This document shows, in pieces, positions 35,843 to 44,680 of a stretch of DNA of 64,000 bases (its first letter is position 1; each line of letters begins with the position of its first letter). Origin of the DNA: an uncultured virus (IMG/VR IMGVR_UViG_3300021431_000104) (Duplodnaviria; Heunggongvirae; Uroviricota; Caudoviricetes). The position numbers and the translations under genes are program-made. The notes under the pieces were generated by a model. It was not told where the DNA came from, ran no database searches, and saw nothing but the letters and a program-made list of their open reading frames with translations. Location: the IMG/VR virus record IMGVR_UViG_3300021431_000104; one strand, given 5' to 3'.

Positions 35843-36763
35843 TTAATTCTTTTTAAATCTTTCCACAATATCAAAATCAATCCAACAAGGTCTGTGATCT
35901 GATAAACCTTTTGGACCATATCCACAACCATTAACTACTACCTTAGTTAAAGAATATGTAGGATTTATTACAAAGATCCTATCCAGACTATGCTTTGGGA
36001 AAGGTTGAAGGACTTCTGATACATTAGGGACTCCTGATACATTAGTATGTTCACTTAGAGGTTTGATAAGATACTCATTTATAGTTTCTTCATCCATCTC
36101 TGAAGAAGAGCAATTAGTGTCTCCCATTATAATCATAGGATGAGCTGGTGAAGAGAGGTCTAGTTTATAATCTATATAAGTTACTAATTGAGTAAACTGC
36201 TTTCTTCTAGTTTCTGAATCCTCAATATCATCTCTTTTTTCTGAAGCATCTGCATGAAGAACATATACGGTTAGATAACCATAATCTATATGATGTAATT
36301 CATATCTCCTGAAGCCCTTTCTAGTAAGCTTATCATTACAATGAGAGAAATATCCATAAGAGTCCTTCCATTCTACGATATCCTCTTTTACAATCACCCA
36401 AATTCCAGCAATGAAGAGATTTAGTCCATCAGATTTATACCTAAACCACTTTACCATAGAGAATATCTTTGAGAAATCTATAGCACCCATGAATGTACCA
36501 GTTGAAAAACCTTTGAGGTAAGAGATAAGCTGATAATGATAATTAAAATCCTCCTGAACTCCTACAATATCAAACTTAGAATCAGAAAGATACTTACTGA
36601 TATCATAAGTTTTTTCTGACCTATTCTCATTATCATTGAGTGATACAAGAGTAGTACCCTTAATTAACTTGTATACCCATACACAAGGTTTGAAGATCCA
36701 AGGGAGATCATTTAAATCCAAGGTCTCTGGGAGACCATCTACGTTGTAAGTTACTAATTTCAT
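35843..36763 (-). CDS. EEP-family phosphoesterase (sphingomyelinase-like)
   Basis: TYNVDGLP, VQEDF, SDGL, KGF, HAD, GDTN, LDRIF, SDH. Confidence 0.8.
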   Translation of the reverse strand: MKLVTYNVDGLPETLDLNDLPWIFKPCVWVYKLIKGTTLVSLNDNENRSEKTYDISKYLSDSKFDIVGVQEDFNYHYQLISYLKGFSTGTFMGAIDFSKIFSMVKWFRYKSDGLNLFIAGIWVIVKEDIVEWKDSYGYFSHCNDKLTRKGFRRYELHHIDYGYLTVYVLHADASEKRDDIEDSETRRKQFTQLVTYIDYKLDLSSPAHPMIIMGDTNCSSSEMDEETINEYLIKPLSEHTNVSGVPNVSEVLQPFPKHSLDRIFVINPTYSLTKVVVNGCGYGPKGLSDHRPCWIDFDIVERFKKN

Positions 36764-36888
36764 TTGATTTTGTTTTAAGTTAATATTATAATATATGCCT
36801 GTATGCCTATATACCTAGAAGTTAATACTTATTATCCTACGGAAATAAGCATTACTTATTAGTTAATCTTAGTCAAAGGTAGATAAGG

Positions 36889-38334
36889 TTAAGAAATACT
36901 TATTACCTTATAACCTTGTTTCTTATAAGACCTAACCCTTGCTCTACTATGCTTACCTAAGTAATAACCAGGATATTGTAAATCATCTAAATAAGCCTTT
37001 GATTTCGATTTATGTAATCTAACTAATCGTCCTAAGAACTGTATGGTTTTTTCCTCTGCTTTAAATCCCGAACAGTTTATCATCACCTTAAGTAGTGGGA
37101 AGTTTTTACCTCTAGCTATAATGGTAGTTGATACCAATATATCGATGTTACCTTCCCTAAATTGTTTCATAATATTATTTCTTTGCTTAGTGGGAGTATC
37201 CACATGAGCGTAGGCAATATTATAGGTAGTTCCTAGTGCTTTCTTTAATTTTTTATATAATTCTTCACAGTGTTTAATATATTTGCATACTAGAAGCATC
37301 GGAATTCTACCATATTTAAGGTTAAACTTAACCCTATCTACCGCCATTTTATAAGCCATAGGATTATTAGTTATGGTATCATCATATTCATCCTTATAAT
37401 TTAAGGATTCGGATTCCCAATTACCATAGTAGGGTTTATTAGAGATGGCCTTAACCACAACAGGAGTAGCATAGCCTTTTTTAGTACTATCAGATAGTTT
37501 GAACTCGGCTAATTTAGGTCCAAAAAAAGCTTCTAGATTCCAGTTTTTAAGCTGATCCTTCTTAAATTTACTAAGATAAATCGTACCTGATAAACCTATA
37601 CGAACTCGAGTATTCCATAAGTGAGTTAAAACATTTTGATAAGACTTACTACCTCCAAGGTCAGCTTCATCCACCAAAACCATATCTATTTTCGTTAACT
37701 CATTCTGAAACTTTCGAATATTCCTTGAAAGAGTTTGGACCATACCTATATTGAAATTAGTCCATTGTGGCATCTTGGAAGTACCCTGTATAAAGGTAAT
37801 ATCCTCATCGGGTAGGTAATCCTTAAATTCAGTTCTAGCCTGATTAAGCCAATCGGAGTCATTAGTTATAAGTAAAGTACGTAACTTTCTCTTGTAGGTT
37901 AGATATAGAGCTGTCATAATAAGGGTTTTTCCAGTTCCTACTGCATAATCTAATACACCTATTTGAAAAGGGTTATTACATACTTTATTAAAAACTACAG
38001 CTTCTACAGCTTTTACCTGTTCTGGTCTTAATTTGAAATTTTGGGTTTTATTTATTACCTTAGTTACTTTTGGTAAAGGCTTACGTTCATCTATAACCTT
38101 TACTTTTAAACCATAGGATTTACATAAATCTACTACTCTTGGTAACATACCTATCTTAAATAAACCCCGTTGGTTTATAAAATGAACGATGCCATCCCAT
38201 CTACCTTTTGCCTGTCTCTTAAGGTAAAAGGCGTTAGGATGACGTACCGAAAGATCATTGTAAAGTTTTAACCCATATTTCTGTGGGATATCTATCTCAC
38301 AGGTATTACAGTTTTGAATTATGATTGTTGCCAT
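36889..38334 (-). CDS. SF2 helicase (UvsW-like)
   Basis: LRPEQ, GTGKT, DEAD, SGT, QFLGRLVR. Confidence 0.9.
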   Translation of the reverse strand: MATIIIQNCNTCEIDIPQKYGLKLYNDLSVRHPNAFYLKRQAKGRWDGIVHFINQRGLFKIGMLPRVVDLCKSYGLKVKVIDERKPLPKVTKVINKTQNFKLRPEQVKAVEAVVFNKVCNNPFQIGVLDYAVGTGKTLIMTALYLTYKRKLRTLLITNDSDWLNQARTEFKDYLPDEDITFIQGTSKMPQWTNFNIGMVQTLSRNIRKFQNELTKIDMVLVDEADLGGSKSYQNVLTHLWNTRVRIGLSGTIYLSKFKKDQLKNWNLEAFFGPKLAEFKLSDSTKKGYATPVVVKAISNKPYYGNWESESLNYKDEYDDTITNNPMAYKMAVDRVKFNLKYGRIPMLLVCKYIKHCEELYKKLKKALGTTYNIAYAHVDTPTKQRNNIMKQFREGNIDILVSTTIIARGKNFPLLKVMINCSGFKAEEKTIQFLGRLVRLHKSKSKAYLDDLQYPGYYLGKHSRARVRSYKKQGYKVISIS

Positions 38335-38336
38335 AT

Positions 38337-39152
38337 CTATCCATTTTTAATTTCATTCCACAAATCCAAATCCTCCTCAGGAGGTAGTTCCTCTTTATGC
38401 TTTATCTTATATAAATACTTATTATACCTCTCCAAAGCTTTATCTGAAAGTAAGTCTTTGATAGCAGGTATACCATTTACAAAAGCTAAGGCATAGAACT
38501 GAGCATCTATCCACTGTTGTACTTTTTTAATGTCCTGTAGTTTTTCTCCCAATCTCTTGAAAATAACTAATCTACTTGGGTCTTTCTTATTATCATATAT
38601 ACCGGTTACCTTAGCTATTTTCTGTACGTAATATTCAAAACCTTGGTCTGTTAACCAAGGGTTTCTATCTTCTTGAAGTTCCATTTCATCACCATACTGA
38701 GCAAATATGTTTTCTGACATTGAAACTAATCTCTGTAGAAGATTACGATTATTACCTTCCATACGGGATATACCTATTTCGATATACTTAATATACCCCT
38801 CTCGAGTTTCTAAATTAAACTCTCTACAGAAGTCATTACAGATATTAGCTAGATTTTTACAAGTATCCCAATCTCTACCGGAGGATTCATTTATTTTCTT
38901 TACACCACGATGTTTTAATTTTATACGTTCTGCATATAAAATATTGGCAAACAAAGAAGCATCTCCTATATCTGCTAGTATAACTTTAGTTACTTGCTTT
39001 TGTAGTTTATTGTTTGAAACTGTTATACTTCTAGTATTTACTGCCCTACGCTTTGCCAATTGAAAGAATTGGTTTATAGGAACAGAAATATCCAACTCTT
39101 TGCATATTTCGGCAAAGTTGGATTTAGTTATGTGAATACTGGGTTCTCTCAT
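38337..39152 (-). CDS. Replication-region hypothetical protein (start revised to MREP)
   Basis: ATGA overlap at 39149-39152 with the upstream small ORF. Confidence 0.7.
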   Translation of the reverse strand: MREPSIHITKSNFAEICKELDISVPINQFFQLAKRRAVNTRSITVSNNKLQKQVTKVILADIGDASLFANILYAERIKLKHRGVKKINESSGRDWDTCKNLANICNDFCREFNLETREGYIKYIEIGISRMEGNNRNLLQRLVSMSENIFAQYGDEMELQEDRNPWLTDQGFEYYVQKIAKVTGIYDNKKDPSRLVIFKRLGEKLQDIKKVQQWIDAQFYALAFVNGIPAIKDLLSDKALERYNKYLYKIKHKEELPPEEDLDLWNEIKNG

Positions 39153-39310
39153 TTCCGTCCTCCACTTAAGGATAATAATATTACAAATACTCCAACCCAA
39201 GACCACCATACAACATCATGATCTTGGTTATATCTTCCGTATCTATATAACTTTTCAGCTATGACTAAACCTATCAAATAAGCTATCAAATAATAAATAA
39301 GTACCATCAT
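39149..39310 (-). CDS. 53-aa membrane protein with two hydrophobic segments (not in the ORF track)
   Basis: MMVLIYYLIAYLIGLVIAEKLYRYGRYNQDHDVVWWSWVGVFVILLSLSGGRK; ATGA-coupled at both ends. Confidence 0.7.
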   Translation of the reverse strand: MMVLIYYLIAYLIGLVIAEKLYRYGRYNQDHDVVWWSWVGVFVILLSLSGGRK

Positions 39311-40257
39311 AATTCGTTTTTAAGTTTAATTAAATTTCGATAGTCTTGGTATCTAGTCCTCCAAATGAGTTTCATTACTTTTCTTCTACCTAAATCATTG
39401 CAATCATTTCCAGTAGGTAAGTATACTACCTTTACCTTTTTAAAATTTACTAACTTAAGAGCTAAATCTATAGCTTGACTTTTAGCATCTGGGTCCAGTA
39501 GTATTATAAATCTCTTAACTTGACTTTTAATAAGGGTGTTTATTTGAGCTCTACTAATTGCCTTACCCATCGTAGCTATTGCTCTTTCCCCCATAGTAAG
39601 AGCATTAAATACTCCTTCGCAGATATATATTTGATTATATAACTCTAGAGCATCCTGGTTAAAGATGAGAAATTCTTTCCCTAAACCTGTAACTGATTTA
39701 GGAGGATTGTTATACCTTGGACCATTACCAACAACTAACCTGGCATTGAAATAAATAAGTCTTCCGTTAGAGTAGAAAGGAAGTATAACATAACCAAAAT
39801 AATCTCCCTTTGTACAATATCCAATACCTTGCTTGGATAATTCCTCAATATTAAAACCTCTATGCTTTAAGTAGTTCCTCGTGATTTTAGCAAGATAACT
39901 AGTTCCTTGCGTAATGAGTTTAAAACCCTCAGGTAATTCAACTGGCTTTGCCTCAGGTAATTCAACTCTTTCTTCTTTGAATTCGAGTTCTGTAAATTGT
40001 CCATTCTTTAATAAGTTTAAAAGTTCAGCATAAGTATCTAAACCCTCTATATCCATAATCATTTGAGCAGGAGAGGGGTGTTCATTACATCTAAAACAAT
40101 TGGTCCTGTAGGTAGTTAGATTTATACCCATCTTTTGTTCTCTGCCACAGTAGGGACATATAGGAACTCTAAGCCAACCATTTCTATAAGGGTAAGCTCC
40201 TAGCCTCTTTATAAAATAGGTATAAAGCCGATTTTTAAATTCTTGGGTTATTTTCAT
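39307..40257 (-). CDS. DNA primase (Zn finger plus TOPRIM)
   Basis: CPYC...CFRC, YLKHRG, ICEG, LDPDA, DCND. Confidence 0.9.
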   Translation of the reverse strand: MKITQEFKNRLYTYFIKRLGAYPYRNGWLRVPICPYCGREQKMGINLTTYRTNCFRCNEHPSPAQMIMDIEGLDTYAELLNLLKNGQFTELEFKEERVELPEAKPVELPEGFKLITQGTSYLAKITRNYLKHRGFNIEELSKQGIGYCTKGDYFGYVILPFYSNGRLIYFNARLVVGNGPRYNNPPKSVTGLGKEFLIFNQDALELYNQIYICEGVFNALTMGERAIATMGKAISRAQINTLIKSQVKRFIILLDPDAKSQAIDLALKLVNFKKVKVVYLPTGNDCNDLGRRKVMKLIWRTRYQDYRNLIKLKNEL

Positions 40258-40258
40258 T

Positions 40259-40480
40259 TTAAATATCTCCCAAACGTTTTAAACCTCTACGTACTACTCT
40301 AGCCAACTTTTTAAGGTCATCATAAGTACAGGTTAAACAGTAAGTATTTCTATGATCTATTAAACCTAACCTTATATCTACGCCCTCTACATTAGCCTGA
40401 TGATAAGGACTACCATCGGATAGAATTATCTTTACCTTACCTTTTTTAAGACCTATATAATTATAATGTCGTATCTTCAT
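40259..40480 (-). CDS. Hypothetical protein
   Basis: 73-aa ORF between helicase and primase. Confidence 0.65.
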   Translation of the reverse strand: MKIRHYNYIGLKKGKVKIILSDGSPYHQANVEGVDIRLGLIDHRNTYCLTCTYDDLKKLARVVRRGLKRLGDI

Positions 40481-40481
40481 T

Positions 40482-41900
40482 TTATATATCTCCAGTTAGT
40501 TGTTGTTTATTAGTTTCGGCTGCTTGCTTTTTAATTTCGTTTTCTATAGTCTGTGAATATAGCTCATCGTACTTTTTCCTTTGCTCTTTAGTAAACTCTA
40601 CAGCCCTTTGTCTCTCTATATCTACCTTGTATAAAGCTCTACCTGAAGGTTTACCATCACGCATAACGCAAAGCTCTAATCTCTGAATACCCTCTTTTTC
40701 CTCTTGGTCTGTACAATTAAGACCGAAAATAGCTACAGAGTTTCTTACTATATCTACACATTTAGCAATATCATTTTCCTCGTATCGGGTCTTACGATGC
40801 TTATAAGCTTGTCTAGTTACATGATTAGCAGTCCATATTATATCTAACTTTAATTCTTCGGCTAAGTTCTGAGCATCTATATAAGCATTACCTATACGTT
40901 CGAAATCATCTTTATCTCCATTAACACTAGCCATCTTAGCAAGGTAATCAATAATAACTACCTTGATATCAATCCCCTGAGCTTTGAGTTTAAGGATTCT
41001 ATCTCTGATGTAGTTGCAGTCTGTAACCATAGCAGGTATGCGCTCAACAACAAGCTCCACCCCGAAGCGACTAAGCTTTCGCATATGTCGTTGTTCCAGT
41101 TTATCAAATTCTCCTGAGTAAACCTCTTTCTTGGTTTTATTAAGTGAGGACTGTATAAACCTATCCATGATTTGTTCCTGTCCATTCTCTGTGTCAATGT
41201 AGAGAACTGATTTTCGCATTTTGAGGTAACCGATTGCGAGGTTAACAAGGAAGAAAGTTTTTCTGGCTTTTGGTTTATCGAGTAAAACTGCGACCGAACC
41301 TCTTGCAAAACCTCCTGCATTTGTGAGTTCATTAATCTGTCTTGATGGAGTGGGTACAACATCTGGCTCTGCTTGGCGTTTGAATTGTCTTTCTGCAACG
41401 TCTTTGATAAGGAAACTCGGTTCATCTTCCTTTTTAGGCTTAGACTTTTGTAGGATCTTATCGATCTTTTTCGAGTAGTTTTCATATTGTTCGAAATTAT
41501 CTAGGTCAAAAGAGTCATTCAGATTCTTCATTTCTACCCAAGTAGAAAACTGCCATATCTTTTCTTGGATATAATCCGAATCCTTTAGAGGCTCATTATA
41601 TAATGTCTTTATTAATTTATTAATATTAGGTATATCATCCTTAGTTACTAAATCAATGTAATTCTTACCTTCTAGCAATTCTTTAATTACTTGCTTAAGA
41701 ACATTTTCCGAGGGTATTCTTTTTTTCTTCTTATAATAACTAAATAAGCCTTCGGCAATTAACGAATGTTCTATTAACACAAAATAATTAGGCTTTAGCC
41801 TTTTCATGGCAAGCCCACCCTCTGGGTCTCTAATTAAATACTTGAGTACTTCCTGTTGGAAATCACAAGAAAAGGAAAACTGTATCTTTTGCTTCTTCAT
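40482..41900 (-). CDS. Replicative DnaB/gp41-like helicase
   Basis: GGF.RG, variant Walker A DKPKARKT, YIDTEN, IIDYL, TANH, RDG; adjacent to the primase. Confidence 0.85.
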   Translation of the reverse strand: MKKQKIQFSFSCDFQQEVLKYLIRDPEGGLAMKRLKPNYFVLIEHSLIAEGLFSYYKKKKRIPSENVLKQVIKELLEGKNYIDLVTKDDIPNINKLIKTLYNEPLKDSDYIQEKIWQFSTWVEMKNLNDSFDLDNFEQYENYSKKIDKILQKSKPKKEDEPSFLIKDVAERQFKRQAEPDVVPTPSRQINELTNAGGFARGSVAVLLDKPKARKTFFLVNLAIGYLKMRKSVLYIDTENGQEQIMDRFIQSSLNKTKKEVYSGEFDKLEQRHMRKLSRFGVELVVERIPAMVTDCNYIRDRILKLKAQGIDIKVVIIDYLAKMASVNGDKDDFERIGNAYIDAQNLAEELKLDIIWTANHVTRQAYKHRKTRYEENDIAKCVDIVRNSVAIFGLNCTDQEEKEGIQRLELCVMRDGKPSGRALYKVDIERQRAVEFTKEQRKKYDELYSQTIENEIKKQAAETNKQQLTGDI

Positions 41901-42033
41901 GTGTTGTTATGAGTTAATATAATATACTTAATTATAGATCATTAGTGTGTAGAGATAGAGGTGTAACAGAAGCTAGAACATCTACTATTCCTGACTACCC
42001 ACCTAAGAAAATTATATATTTTATTATAAAAAA

Positions 42034-42065
42034 TTTGCGTATTTAAAATAAAATATGTAATTTTG
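42034..42065 (+). promoter_or_regulatory. Bacteroidota sigmaA-type promoter (class 2) for the sigma-like gene
   Basis: TTTG-N20-TAATTTTG on the + strand, 28 nt before the ATG at 42094. Confidence 0.85.
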
Positions 42066-42093
42066 CACTATATAAAGTAATAACATATAGCTT

Positions 42094-42774
42094 ATGAAAC
42101 TCGACAAAACTATAGGTCCTGAACTACACAGGATTAAGCCTCTTAAAAACTATGATCATAAGGTTTTTACTAAACTTTATAAGATCTGTAAACCCGTGAT
42201 TAAGAACTTAGTAAATCAAATTGACTATCGTAGGTATAATGTTTCTAAAGATGTTATACTATCCTATTTTTGGGATAAGATGTTATTTTTGTTTAATCGT
42301 TACTATGAAGAAAGTAAGGGGGATATTGAATTTTTAAAAGCTCATATATTGAGGGGCTTATCTACTTATAAGTTTCACTTACTACAGGAGGCTTATTCTG
42401 AAAGAGCTGAGTTTTTTCAAAACTTAACTTCATTAGATGTATTATATGATAATAATAAAGAGGATATAAACTTACTGGATGAGGATAGTAATTATAAAGA
42501 AGAGATGCTTAAGAAGTTATATGATTATATGAAAAAACACTTATCCTTGGATGCTATACTCATATTTGAATGTTTAATGACACCCACTGCTTTTTTATTA
42601 GAAAAAACGGATAATGGTAGGATAAGAACTACCAATAGGATGTTAGTAGAGTTCTTTAATCTACCAAAAACTAAAACCTCAATACAGTATATCTCAGAAC
42701 TAAGACATGACGTAGAGTACTGGGAACAAAGAGCTATAAAAGAACTATCACACAAAAAGGGGTCTAAAGATTAA
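42094..42774 (+). CDS. Putative phage sigma factor; the only + strand gene
   Basis: Region-2-like FTKLYKICKPVIKNLV...D...F..LFNRY...FLKAH; region-4-like C-terminus; has its own promoter and terminator. Confidence 0.6.
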   Translation: MKLDKTIGPELHRIKPLKNYDHKVFTKLYKICKPVIKNLVNQIDYRRYNVSKDVILSYFWDKMLFLFNRYYEESKGDIEFLKAHILRGLSTYKFHLLQEAYSERAEFFQNLTSLDVLYDNNKEDINLLDEDSNYKEEMLKKLYDYMKKHLSLDAILIFECLMTPTAFLLEKTDNGRIRTTNRMLVEFFNLPKTKTSIQYISELRHDVEYWEQRAIKELSHKKGSKD

Positions 42775-42789
42775 CCTCTAGACCCCAAT
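42754..42789. terminator. Terminator between convergent genes
   Basis: GGGGTCTA...TAGACCCC with a T-run on the - strand. Confidence 0.75.
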
Positions 42790-42823
42790 CACAACAACAT
42801 AAAACTACATAAAAAACAAAGAT

Positions 42824-44176
42824 TTAATCTATAGTTTTAATAATGAAGGTTACAACAGTATAGGCAGGTCTTATGTCTAATGGTTTACTACCTCCAACCG
42901 TTGATGTATGATAAGCTCGAGATTCTCCCTGATTACCAGAACTACCAGCAGTACCTGTTACAGTTTCAGATGAACTACCTGCAGCTCCTACATAAGCTTT
43001 AGGGAAACCTGTTTCTACACTAGCAAATTTACCATCACTGTTAGCATCAGCCGTATATACGTGGTTATGTTTCGGTATATTATCTATCTCTAGAGTGAGA
43101 CTATTGTTTCCTCCACTTATACCAGGCTGATTATACTCAGTATCCTGAAGACTTAAACCCATTGGGAACCTACCCATTAAATTAGGTTTAAGTATATTAG
43201 GATTATGTACTGAAGATGTACCATCGCATATCTCCCATCCATACGGTATAGTAGAAGTAGAACCATACCACATAACTATGGTACCAACCGGTAAGGCTAC
43301 TGATACTACCTCTTCTTCTTCATTAGATTTACTAATGAGTTTTCTCAAATACTCTTCAAAAGTAAGGCTACCAATACCGTCAAATACCTTATACAAATGC
43401 CTAAGCAGGTCTTTGTAAAAATTGTATTCTGACCAAGTATAGGTTAGATCATTAGGAAATTTACCATCATAAGGTAAGATGATAAACTTTTGAAGATTAC
43501 CCGTAGAAGACATAGTGTCATTACCAGTACCATAAATACCTACTAAAGTACAGTCAGATATATTATCTAGACCAGTAGCACTTAAAGCCGTACTTAATAG
43601 GTAATTATATGATAACTGTGAATCCTCATGAGGAGATTTATTTATATCCAATCCCTCTATTTCTCTTGAAGATAATTGGGTAGGATAGTTAAAATCTATA
43701 GATTTTTTGTATAGCCTAAAGAATGATACATTAGACTGATTCCAGTAAGCTTCATATATGATAGGCATACTGATGTTTACATCCTCGGAGTAGTTATGTC
43801 TAGCCAAAACTATCAACTCTGGGTAAGTACTTTGGGTATTTTCTATAGGAACCTCTATAGTATTACCACTGTTAACTTCTACATAACCATCCTTGGTAAC
43901 TATACCAAAGTTTCCTGTACCATTGAGAGTATTTATTAAAACCCTCCTTGAAGACATCCTATCATTTACGAGCTTCTCAAAATGATCTCTAAAATCCTTA
44001 AGCTCTGTATCTCCACTATCAGGTAAGGGAGATAGAGTTATAACTGGACTACTCTCGGATATAGAAAAACCAGCATAACCAAATATAGGACCGGGACCCT
44101 GTTGTAAAGCTATAGCTTCAGTTAAATCCTTAGATTTTAATTGGCTCTGAAAGCCAAAGTAAGTTTTTATTGCCAT
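42824..44176 (-). CDS. Tail fibre/baseplate protein with a tail-collar domain
   Basis: PVGTIVMWYG...PYGWEICDG...PNLMGRF, HNH, RPAYTVVTFIIK. Confidence 0.8.
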   Translation of the reverse strand: MAIKTYFGFQSQLKSKDLTEAIALQQGPGPIFGYAGFSISESSPVITLSPLPDSGDTELKDFRDHFEKLVNDRMSSRRVLINTLNGTGNFGIVTKDGYVEVNSGNTIEVPIENTQSTYPELIVLARHNYSEDVNISMPIIYEAYWNQSNVSFFRLYKKSIDFNYPTQLSSREIEGLDINKSPHEDSQLSYNYLLSTALSATGLDNISDCTLVGIYGTGNDTMSSTGNLQKFIILPYDGKFPNDLTYTWSEYNFYKDLLRHLYKVFDGIGSLTFEEYLRKLISKSNEEEEVVSVALPVGTIVMWYGSTSTIPYGWEICDGTSSVHNPNILKPNLMGRFPMGLSLQDTEYNQPGISGGNNSLTLEIDNIPKHNHVYTADANSDGKFASVETGFPKAYVGAAGSSSETVTGTAGSSGNQGESRAYHTSTVGGSKPLDIRPAYTVVTFIIKTID

Positions 44177-44191
44177 GGTTGTTTTTATTTA

Positions 44192-44680
44192 TTACTTATT
44201 TTCATATTGATTACTAATATCTTCTATGGCAGACGCAAATTGCTTAAAGCGTAGTGTAAGAATAAATGCAATTAGTTTCCAGATAGAATATTTAGATTTT
44301 ATGTTATGTAATTCTAGAATATGCCCATAGATGCTATCTATTTCGAAGCCATAACATATAAGCATAGCAGTTATAGCCGTAATATTAGGATCTACTCCAT
44401 ACGGTTCAGCTATAGCTTTACCCAGTGTAACTCCTACGAATAGGTAACATATATAATCTACGAGCTTATTAAAGGTACGTCTACCTGCTCTAGATTTACG
44501 TACAACCTCTCCTCGATATCGAGAAGCACTTACTCCAAACCATAAATCGGCTAATATCAATATGATAGCTAAGGATATCATCCATCTCATACCATATAGT
44601 AGTTCTGACCACTCTGATAGAAAACCGATTAACATAGTTTTTATAGCTATGTTGGTATTATCTAAATTTAAATTATTCAT
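44192..44680 (-). CDS. Holin
   Basis: Multiple hydrophobic segments; ADLWFGV...SRAGRRTFNKLVDY...EIDSI. Confidence 0.8.
   Translation of the reverse strand: MNNLNLDNTNIAIKTMLIGFLSEWSELLYGMRWMISLAIILILADLWFGVSASRYRGEVVRKSRAGRRTFNKLVDYICYLFVGVTLGKAIAEPYGVDPNITAITAMLICYGFEIDSIYGHILELHNIKSKYSIWKLIAFILTLRFKQFASAIEDISNQYENK

Noticed and set aside
25188..41900. Inteins or self-splicing introns in recA, polymerase or helicases
   Set aside because: The ORFs are continuous and of normal length, with no intein termini or LAGLIDADG motifs seen.
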